64,000 nt of DNA from Candidatus Fermentibacteraceae bacterium (GTDB lineage Bacteria; Fermentibacterota; Fermentibacteria; Fermentibacterales; JCC-6), in the NCBI GenBank assembly GCA_041750285.1, contig JBGSZS010000002.1, positions 64,001 to 128,000 of the forward strand, given 5' to 3'. The translations under genes were made by a program, and so were the position numbers. The first letter of the stretch is position 1; each line of letters starts with the position of its first letter. The notes under the pieces are model-generated. The model did no database searches, was not told the DNA's origin, and was given only the letters and a program-made list of their open reading frames with translations. Below, piece by piece: positions 9,498 through 17,925 of this stretch.

Positions 9498-11948
9498 TTG
9501 GACAGCTACGACTTCAGGGAAATGCAACGGAGATGGTCACCGTTCTGGGAACGGATGAACCTCTATGCCACAGGGCAGGACCCGGAAAGTCCAAACTTCT
9601 ACTGCCTTGACTACTTTCCCTATCCCTCCGGTGCCGGGCTGTCCGTCGGCCATTGCCGAAATTACATCCCAACCGATGTTATCTCACGCAAGAAGCGCAT
9701 GGCCGGGGTAAATGTGCTTCATCCAATGGGCTGGGACGCCTTCGGTCAACCCGCTGAGGAGTATGCGATAAAGACCGGCATACACCCCGCCGAGGTAACA
9801 AGGATCAACACCGATACCTATCGAAGGCAGATGAAGCTGTTCGAGGCCGGTTACGACTGGAGCAGGGAGATCGATTCCAGCAGCCCGGACTACTACCGCT
9901 GGACACAGTACTTCTTCCTGCTTCTCTTCGACAGGGGTCTGGCCTATCAGAGCGACGCTTTCCAGATGTACTGCCCTGCCTGCAGGATAGTCCTGTCCAA
10001 CGAAGAGGCTGCGGGCGGGATATGCTGGCGTTGCGGCGGAAACGTAACGAGAAAAAGGCTTCCCCAGTGGTACTTCAGGATCACCGACTATGCACAGAGG
10101 CTTCTTGACGACCTTCAGGGACTTGACTGGCCCGAAGGCATCAAGGCAATGCAGAGGAACTGGATAGGCAGGTCCGAAGGCGCCGAGGTCGTTTTTCCAG
10201 TCGCGCTTCCGGGGGGAGACACGCTGCAGATGCCCGTGTACACCACCCGGATCGACACAATTTTCGGCGCGACCTTCTGTGTGATGGCTCCGGAGCATCC
10301 CGATCTGCATGCCGTTACTTCACCGGACAGGCGTGAGGAAGTGTCGGACTATCTGAAGATGGTTGCAACGAGAAGCGACACCGACCGCCAGGCGGATACA
10401 GGGCGCGACAAGACCGGCGTCTTCACGGGTTCGTATGCACTCAATCCCTTCACCGGAGCCAGGATTCCCCTCTGGGTGGCGGACTACGTTCTCGGCGGCT
10501 ACGGGACAGCGGCGATCATGGCAGTGCCGGGTCACGATCAGCGCGATCACGACTTTGCGAAGAGGTTCGGCCTTCCAATCCTCGAGGTAATTGCCCCGGA
10601 GGGAGTTCCCCGGGGTGTGGATGACGCGGCGACCGAAGCCGACGGGATGCTGATCAACAGCGGTCCCTTCACCGGTCTCTCCTCCGGCAGCGCCCGGCAT
10701 GTCATGGCTGAGCATGCAGAGAAAGAGGGTTTCGGACATCCCGAGGTCCGCTTCAGGATCAGGGACTGGCTTGTGAGCCGTCAAAGGTACTGGGGGGCGC
10801 CCATTCCCGTAATCCACTGTGCCAGGTGCGGCGCAGTCCCCGATCGGAACCTTCCCGTACTGCTTCCCGATGTCGACGGATTCCAGCCCGACGAGTCGGG
10901 TCTCTCACCCCTGGCAAGATCCACCGGGTGGGTGAACACCGCGTGTCCCAGGTGCGGAGGGCCGGCAGAGCGCGAGACCAGTACAATGGCGGGTTTCGCC
11001 TGCTCGAGCTGGTATTTCCTGCGGTTCGCCTCCCCGTGGGAGAATGACAGGCCCTTCGACCCCGAAGAGGTGAAGAAGTGGCTTCCGGTTGACATGTACG
11101 TTGGGGGAGCCGAGCACGCGGTCATGCATCTGATCTACGCCAGGTTCTTCACGAAGGTCATGTACGACGCGGGAATGGTGGACTTCACCGAGCCCTTCAC
11201 CTGCCTCAAGAACCAGGGCATGCTTCTCAGCTACGATCATCAGAAGATGTCCAAGAGCAAGGGCAACGTGGTGACTCCCGATGAGGTCGTGGAGAAGTAC
11301 GGCGCTGACGCCCTGAGGCTCTACATCCTCTTCATGGGTCCCTTCGAGGCCGAACTGGAGTGGAGTGAAGAGGGTATTTCCGGAACCTACAGGTTCGTGA
11401 AAAGGATCTGGAAGCTCTTTCAGCTCCCGCTTGAAAACACAGCGCCCGACCCGGCCCTTCGGAAGGAGTTCAGGTACAACCTTGCGAAGACCGTTCGCAA
11501 GGTTACGGAAGACATCGACTCGTTCCAGTTCAACACAGCAGTAGCTGCCTTGATGGAGTTCATCAACTTCATGGCGTCGCACCGGGAGAAGGCCGGCTCG
11601 GCCGCGGGCGAGTGGGACGCCGCCAGGAAGGACGTGCTGGTGCTTCTGGCACCCATGGCACCCTTCATTGCAGAGGAGTTGTGGCACAGGCTCGGGTACC
11701 CGGGCGAGACCGTACACAGGGCTCAGTGGCCCGTTGTCAGAGAGGAAGACCTGACTCAGGACACTGTCGAGATAGCGCTTCAGGTCATGGGAAAACTGAG
11801 GGGCAGGATGACCGTTCCCAGTGGTGCGGATGCCGCGGAAATCGAGGCGCTCGCCCTGTCTAGCCCGAGGATCGCGGAGATCCTCTCGGGTGCGCGGCCC
11901 AGGCGGGTCATCGTTGTTCCCGGAAGCCTTGTGAACATCATTCCATAG
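9498..11948 (+). CDS. leuS: Leucine--tRNA ligase
   Basis: FPYPSG, PMGWDAFG, QRNWIGRSEG, YTTRIDT editing domain, SRQRYWG, GGAEHA, KMSKS; TTG start with GGAGGA RBS. Confidence 0.97.
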   Translation: MDSYDFREMQRRWSPFWERMNLYATGQDPESPNFYCLDYFPYPSGAGLSVGHCRNYIPTDVISRKKRMAGVNVLHPMGWDAFGQPAEEYAIKTGIHPAEVTRINTDTYRRQMKLFEAGYDWSREIDSSSPDYYRWTQYFFLLLFDRGLAYQSDAFQMYCPACRIVLSNEEAAGGICWRCGGNVTRKRLPQWYFRITDYAQRLLDDLQGLDWPEGIKAMQRNWIGRSEGAEVVFPVALPGGDTLQMPVYTTRIDTIFGATFCVMAPEHPDLHAVTSPDRREEVSDYLKMVATRSDTDRQADTGRDKTGVFTGSYALNPFTGARIPLWVADYVLGGYGTAAIMAVPGHDQRDHDFAKRFGLPILEVIAPEGVPRGVDDAATEADGMLINSGPFTGLSSGSARHVMAEHAEKEGFGHPEVRFRIRDWLVSRQRYWGAPIPVIHCARCGAVPDRNLPVLLPDVDGFQPDESGLSPLARSTGWVNTACPRCGGPAERETSTMAGFACSSWYFLRFASPWENDRPFDPEEVKKWLPVDMYVGGAEHAVMHLIYARFFTKVMYDAGMVDFTEPFTCLKNQGMLLSYDHQKMSKSKGNVVTPDEVVEKYGADALRLYILFMGPFEAELEWSEEGISGTYRFVKRIWKLFQLPLENTAPDPALRKEFRYNLAKTVRKVTEDIDSFQFNTAVAALMEFINFMASHREKAGSAAGEWDAARKDVLVLLAPMAPFIAEELWHRLGYPGETVHRAQWPVVREEDLTQDTVEIALQVMGKLRGRMTVPSGADAAEIEALALSSPRIAEILSGARPRRVIVVPGSLVNIIP

Positions 11949-12004
11949 ACATCCCTTGAAAAACCCCCCTTCCGTGCCGTACTTATACGGGAGAGGGGGT
12001 TCTC

Positions 12005-13534
12005 ATGCTGGCTCTTGCCAGAACTGTCGGGCTGGTAGGCATCGAGGCCTTTCCCGTGGATGTCGAGGTCGACATGAGCAGGGGTCTGCCCAGCTTTTCC
12101 ATGGTTGGCCTTCCCGACAACTCAGTCCGGGAAAGCCGCGAGAGGGTTCAGGCCGCAATAGCCAACTCCGGGTTCTCTCTGCCCCCCAAGAAACTCACGG
12201 TCAATCTCGCTCCGGCGGGGAGGAAGAAGGAAGGCCCCTCCTTCGATCTTCCCATTGCGGTTGGGCTCCTGGCCGCGGGAGGCTTCGTCAGCGCATCCAG
12301 GGTTGAACGTTTCGCCTACGCGGGTGAACTTGCGCTCGACGGCAGGGTCAGGCCCGTGCGTGGCATGCTGCCCATGGCATCGGGGATCACCACAGGTCTA
12401 GAAGGCCTCTTCGTCCCGGCGGAAAACGCCTCCGAGGCAGCCATTTCCTCTCCCGCAAGGGTGATCCCCGTCCGGTCGCTTCAGGACGTTGCGAACTGGC
12501 TCCAGGGCGCCGAGGGGCTCTTCCCTGAACTGCCCGCTCCCGAACTGGCGGACCCTCCCGTTTACAGGGTCGACTTCGCAGAGGTCCACGGCCAGCTGCA
12601 AGCGCGGAGGGCTCTCGAGATCGCCGCCGCGGGAGGCCACAACCTTCTCATGATGGGTCCTCCCGGAGCCGGGAAGACCATGCTGGCGCAAAGGCTTCCC
12701 ACCATCCTTCCCCCCCTCACCAAGACCGAAGCCATCGAGACCACAATGATCCACAGCGTTGCGGGGCTTCTACCCGAGGGGGTGGCGCTGGTGCGGGAAA
12801 GACCGTTCCGTTCACCGCACCACACGGTGTCCACCCCGGGCCTGATTGGGGGAGGCACCAACCCGAGACCCGGCGAGGTCAGCCTTGCCCACAACGGGGT
12901 CCTTTTCCTCGACGAGCTTCCCGAGTTCAACCGAAGCGCCCTCGAGGCGATGCGCCAGCCCATGGAATCATGCCGGGTGACTGTTTCACGGGCAGTGACC
13001 TCCACCGACTTCCCGGCAAGGTTCATGCTGCTGGCCGCGATGAACCCATGCCCCTGCGGCTACCTCACCCATCCCTCAAGGGCATGCAACTGCAGCTCTT
13101 CACAGGTTCAGCGCTACCTCGCACGGATATCCGGTCCCCTGCTCGACCGCATCGACATTCACCTCGAAGTTTCCCCTCTCGAGGGCAAACACCTCGGCCC
13201 CGAGACCGAACCCGGGGAGCCATCGCTGCCGATAAGGGAGCGGGTTGCCGCGGCAAGGGCCATTCAGGGGGAAAGGTATGCGGGCATGAAGGAAGTGTTC
13301 TGCAATGCAGGCATGCCCCCCTCCATGCTGCGGAAGCACTGCTCCATCGATCCCGCTGGCAGAAAGCTGCTCGATACCGCCGCTTCGCGCTTCGGTTTCT
13401 CCGCAAGGGCATATTGCAGGGCGCTCAGGGTGTCACGAACCATCGCCGACCTCGAAGGTCAGGACCGGATAAACTCGACCCACGTCGCCGAGGCCGTTCA
13501 GTTCAGGGCTCTGGAGAAGGACTACTGGGTGTAG
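12005..13534 (+). CDS. comM: YifB/ComM family Mg-chelatase-like AAA ATPase
   Basis: VGLPDNSVRESRERV, VNLAPA, GPPGAGKT, PFRSPHH, GEVSLAHNGVLFLDE, AMNPCPCG, ISGPLLDRID. Confidence 0.93.
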   Translation: MLALARTVGLVGIEAFPVDVEVDMSRGLPSFSMVGLPDNSVRESRERVQAAIANSGFSLPPKKLTVNLAPAGRKKEGPSFDLPIAVGLLAAGGFVSASRVERFAYAGELALDGRVRPVRGMLPMASGITTGLEGLFVPAENASEAAISSPARVIPVRSLQDVANWLQGAEGLFPELPAPELADPPVYRVDFAEVHGQLQARRALEIAAAGGHNLLMMGPPGAGKTMLAQRLPTILPPLTKTEAIETTMIHSVAGLLPEGVALVRERPFRSPHHTVSTPGLIGGGTNPRPGEVSLAHNGVLFLDELPEFNRSALEAMRQPMESCRVTVSRAVTSTDFPARFMLLAAMNPCPCGYLTHPSRACNCSSSQVQRYLARISGPLLDRIDIHLEVSPLEGKHLGPETEPGEPSLPIRERVAAARAIQGERYAGMKEVFCNAGMPPSMLRKHCSIDPAGRKLLDTAASRFGFSARAYCRALRVSRTIADLEGQDRINSTHVAEAVQFRALEKDYWV

Positions 13535-13614
13535 GAATGGGGAAGCCCCCGCCGGTATTGCACCCGAGTTCCCCGGGGATGTATACAATGCTGCAGCGTG
13601 AGGGGAGGCCATAT

Positions 13615-14805
13615 CTGAATGCTCTTTTACTTATAGCTCTCCCGGCTTTTCCTGGGCTTGTGGAGTTCCATGCCGAGGGACCGATAGCCGATGGTGGCAA
13701 ACAACTCGACGTGGGAAGTTACGCGGCGCCGCTGATGACGGACTGGGACGGCGATGGTCTTGAAGACCTCCTTGTGGGCCAGTTCGACGGGGGAAGGATC
13801 AGGTTCTACCCCAATCTGGGATCCCGGCAGGCACCGGTGTTCGATGGTTTCGAGTATCTGATGGACGGGGAAGACTACCTCTCGGTTCCCTACGATTGAT
13901 GCACCGGGGCCACGGATCCACAGGCTGTGGATTGGGACGGCGACGGCAGACCCGACATTCTGGTGGGAGACCGGGAGGGAAACATCCACTTCTTCAGACG
14001 CCTCGAGTACGGGGTGGTCAACCTTGAGGAGCAGGACCCGGTCGAAGTCGGCGGCAGGCCGATTGACGTGGGCTACAACTCCGCACCGTGCGTCACCGAC
14101 TGGAATGCCGACGGTCTTCCGGACCTTGTCGTTGGCAGCCTGAGCGCGGTTCCCGCCGCGGTCTTCCTGTTCATTGACGAGGGGTCGCCGTACTCTCCGT
14201 TGTACGTTCAAACCGACACCGTTCTCTGCCAGGGGGCACCCATCCAGTTGACGGCAGCCTACCCCGACATCCATGACCTGACAGGCGACGGCCTGGAGGA
14301 GCTGCTTGTGGGCTCGGCCAACGGGAACGTCCTGTGCTGCGTCAACACCGGAACACCCGGAAACCCGGTCTACGGATACTCGGAGAACCTGAGGGCCGAT
14401 GGCGGGGAGATATACTTCTGTTCGTACGTCAGGCCCTCCATCTGCCAATGGAACGGCGACGGCATCCCCGACCTGCTCCTTGCGGACGACAGCGGGATGG
14501 TCCACCTGTTCACCGGGGTGCCTCCGGAAGGTGTTCCGGAATACCCCGCGGCTTCGGTGAGGTTGCTGCGGAACCCGGCAACAGGTTCCGTGAACCTGAG
14601 GGTTAACCTTCCCGAGCCCTCGCAGGTGGGAACGGCGCTGTTCTCCCTGGACGGAAGGCTTCTCGGATCGGTGGAAAGCGGCATTCTGCCTGCGGGTCCG
14701 AATACGGTGACTGTTGCCTGCGGGCCGCTGCCAGCGGGGCTCTACGTACTGCGCGTGACCGCCGGAAACAGCGCTGAAATCCTCAGGGTGGCAATCATTC
14801 CCTGA
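13615..14805 (+). CDS. Secreted FG-GAP/VCBS repeat protein with T9SS-type C-terminal domain; in-frame TGA at 13897-13899 (candidate selenocysteine)
   Basis: ORFs ending at 13899 and starting at 13927 share one frame and join as ...YLSVPYD-TGA-CTGATDPQAVDWDGDG...; five DW(D/N)GDGxxD(L/I)LVG-type repeats; CTD (NPA...FSLDGRLL...LPAGLYVLRV). Start uncertain: CTG 13615 follows GGAGG; alternative ATG 13588. Confidence 0.8.
13915..13933 (+). promoter_or_regulatory. Candidate bacterial SECIS hairpin
   Basis: GATCCACA-GGC-TGTGGATT: 8-bp stem (one G-U pair) with a G-first apical loop starting 24 nt after the UGA. Confidence 0.6.
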
Positions 14806-14818
14806 GAGCCGACGGAAA

Positions 14819-14840
14819 GGGGCGCCCGGATGGGCGCCCC
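14819..14840. terminator. Hairpin terminator between convergent genes
   Basis: GGGGCGCCC-GGAT-GGGCGCCCC perfect 9-bp stem; AAA at 14816-14818 gives a short U-run on the minus strand. Confidence 0.8.
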
Positions 14841-14856
14841 CGTTAGGTCGTGGAGA

Positions 14857-17229
14857 CTACCTGATGACCATCAGACCGGTGGTGGCGGTGAAGTCACCGG
14901 CGGTGATCCTGACCCTGTAGGCCCCGTTGGGAACCGGCGAGCCGGAGGGGCCGGCAAGGTCCCACGTGAGTGTGTGGGCGCCGGCGGGAAGCTCGCCCTG
15001 GTTGACGGTCGTTACCAGGCGTCCGCTGATGTCGTAGACCTGCATGCTCATGACAGCGGCTCCGGCCAGATCGACCGGGATCGAGACGATGGATGCAGCC
15101 GGGCTGGGATAGGGCATTCCCACGCTGTTCTCGAACCCGGAGAGACCCTCGGCCGAGTGCTCGATCTCGGTGCCCGATACGGTGGCCGTTCCGAGGTAGG
15201 TCAGGTGGTTCTGCTTCCAGGCCGTGACGTACATGGTTCCAGTCGAGCCGGGGGTGGGGGTGAAGGTGGCCTGTCCCGATGCGTTGGTGGTGGCGACGAG
15301 GTAGACGTCGGCGGTCTCGAAGCTGGTGCCCTTGTAGAGTGTCACCCTTGCTCCGCTGACCGGAGAGCCTCCCGCAGTCACCGTAACGGTGAAGCTCCCG
15401 CCGGTGAACGTGGAGGGGTGGGAGCCGCTGAGCTGGGTCGGGGATGCTGACCACAGCGGAAGTTCGGGGCAGCCGAAAAGGTTGTACTCCATGATGCACC
15501 AGTGACGGTAGGCATTCGATGGGGGACAGATGCTGTATCGGCCCATGAAGTGCATGGCGCCCAGTGTGCTCTGACCGCTGATGAAGTGGCTGTAGTAGAT
15601 CTTCTGGCAGAGTATTTCGCTGTCGCCGTTCCCGGGGCTGCTGGGGTTCCCCCAGCCGTACCTGGCACATGCGCCTCCGAAACCCCCGCCGTTGACGTTC
15701 GATGTCCATGCGTCGAGCATGCACTCGGTTCCGTCGAGGTGGCCGATGAGGCAGCTTATGCTGTTCCAGATCGCTGGAAGGCCGCCGGAAGAGATGTTCG
15801 TAAGGGCCAGAATGTTGCTGTTTGTGAAGCTGCCGCCGGGAACGCCGAACGACTGCTCGCTTCCGTGGGCGGCCACGTAGACATGGTGGGGGCCGGCGTT
15901 GAACATGGAGTTGGTTGCAGCCCAGTTGTTGGTTCCATTGGATTCGTAGCGCTTGTCCTGGCTCCAGTTTGCCGGGATGTAGCCCGATATGATCTACGCG
16001 CCCGCGCTGCCGTAGCACCCCGGCCATAGCATAGACGTGCTGTAGCCAATGCGCAGCTCACGTACCGCTGTTGTGGGCTCGTCGGAAAGCGAGACCTGCT
16101 CGTAGGCGAGGACCTTGTTCACGAAGGTGTTGGCCTCGGCTGCAGTGTTTACGCTGGCGCGGCCAGTGAAGATGGCGGGAGTGTAGCTCATCTGGTCTAT
16201 GTTGTACTCGCCCCACACATTGTTGTTGTTGGAGTCCCACCGGTCGGCTGCCGGCGCGGTGTCGTTCAGATCGGACCAGTAGTAGTCGACAGGGGGATAC
16301 TCGTTGTAGCCGCCGGCGCTGATCTTGACATCGCGCCCCGCGACCTTGTCGTCGTCGCCGAAGATGAGGGCGAACTCCACGCCATTGTCACTGGCTTCGT
16401 GGAGAAACATCCTGATCTCATGCTGAAGGTCGTCACCGGTGTACTGGGCCTGGATCTCGGTGGTGGTTATCACTGTGGCGGGGATGCCCTTGCGGGTCTT
16501 CCAGTTTGCAAGCGTGTTGGCCTGGGCGACGTAGTCGGGGTGGGTGATGATGACGTACTCGCCGAAGGTGAGGTCACGGCTCTCCACTATGGCAGCACCG
16601 CTTGACAGGACGTCTTCGGGGTTCACCACGGCGTTCCTGACGACATCGGAGGTCCGGGCTTCGCTCTGGGCGCTGCGAACCTGAACCGTCCTCATGGAGG
16701 GGTCGGCAACATACTCGACGTGAAGAGTCACGCTTTCGAGCACTTCGATGGTTCCATCGGCCGGGTTCCAGCGAACCGGGTATACCGACACTCTGGCGAC
16801 AGGAAATCCCAGAAGGACGCTGGAGTTCTCAAACCTGGCGATGGCGCCCGGGAAGGTCTCGGTGGAGTTGTAGATGCCTGGGTCGGGGCGTGGCATCGGG
16901 ATGGTGGCGCCTTCCATGAGGCTCAGGGGAACCTGTTCGACGGCCGGAAGGATGTTGTACCTGCCCCTCAAAGGAGCGTAGGAGGCTTCGACGACCGAGA
17001 CTGAAACCGCACGGCTCTCAGGGGGAAGCGCAACATGCACAGGCAGCACCGGGAGGGCCGGGGCTCCGATCGCTGAGAGCGGGTAGGTGGAAGGGGAGGA
17101 AACAGTCGTGTATCCCGCGAGATCAGTCATGGAAACCGAAGAACCATCGAACGGGACGGTTACGGTGAGTTCCCCGGCGAATGCCGTAGCCGAGGCGAGA
17201 ATGACCAGCATAACGATCTTCACAGCCAT
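14857..17229 (-). CDS. Gingipain-like C25 cysteine peptidase (propeptide, catalytic domain, Ig-like domain, FlgD/T9SS-type CTD), interrupted by one in-frame TAG at 15994-15996
   Basis: Two same-frame ORFs join as ...CYGSAGA-TAG-IISGYIPANW...; propeptide GAPALPV, EYVIIT, WKTRKG, LIFGD, DYYWSDL, TGRA; catalytic AHGS and SISCLIG; YNLFGCP; CTD VYDISGRLV...VPNGAYRVRI. Possible pseudogene. Confidence 0.85.
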
Positions 17230-17316
17230 GAAGGCCTCCGTTTCATTTCAGGGTTCTGGAAACTGGTGTTTTTTTATAACTCTGCCATGATGGAAAAGCA
17301 ATTGCTCCCATTTGGA

Positions 17317-17925
17317 TTACCGCAGTGACGGCGTTTCCGTTAGGAGTTCGACTGCGGCGTTCCTGACCGGGAGCGAATCCCATGATGCGACGCGGGTCGA
17401 CCAGACAACTGTCTGCCCCCGGGTGAAAAGGTTCAGTGATGAGTCTCCCGCCGCGACGAACCAGGAAAAACCGAGGAAGTCGTCCGCCATGGCTGCCTGC
17501 TCGGCCATGGGAATGGCTCCGAGGTTTACGGGGTCGCCCCCGAAGGTGAAGCCTTCGTCCTCGAGGGGAAGAAGGAGCTTCTGGAAGTACTGGGCGAGCG
17601 CCCAGCCGTTCTCCCCGGGAAAAACTGAAACGCCGATCGAGACGGATGATTCCACCGGTCCGGCTTGAAGCTGCGTCCAGTCTATCCCGGTGCTGTCGAC
17701 GGTTTCCAAGGCTTCGGGCGTCACGGCCAGGGTTTCCCCATTGTCCCTGACGACGTCCCAGATAAGCAGACCCGCCACCATTGCAGCGGCTCCGAGGGCA
17801 AGCCAGCCCTCGATGCTTTCGTCCGCCGAGTCAGAGGATGAACCGCTGCCCGATCCCGAGGGAAAGGCGCCTGCGGTGGTGGACACCAGGAACACCACCG
17901 CGAGGAGGATTGCGCCCTGCTTCAC
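17317..17925 (-). CDS. Hypothetical exported/membrane protein
   Basis: GTG overlaps the fusA stop; signal peptide, Ser/Gly linker, second hydrophobic helix. Confidence 0.7.
   Translation of the reverse strand: MKQGAILLAVVFLVSTTAGAFPSGSGSGSSSDSADESIEGWLALGAAAMVAGLLIWDVVRDNGETLAVTPEALETVDSTGIDWTQLQAGPVESSVSIGVSVFPGENGWALAQYFQKLLLPLEDEGFTFGGDPVNLGAIPMAEQAAMADDFLGFSWFVAAGDSSLNLFTRGQTVVWSTRVASWDSLPVRNAAVELLTETPSLR

Noticed and set aside
12970..13587. N-terminal 200 codons of the 309-aa ORF 12970-13899
   Set aside because: Off-frame overlap with comM; the real protein starts near 13588-13615 with RBS and signal peptide.
15950..15993. PYLIS-like hairpin downstream of the C25 amber codon
   Set aside because: Only a 4-5 bp stem (TCGGG/CCCGG on the minus strand) is visible, which is chance level in GC-rich DNA; such an element is also not required for pyrrolysine insertion.
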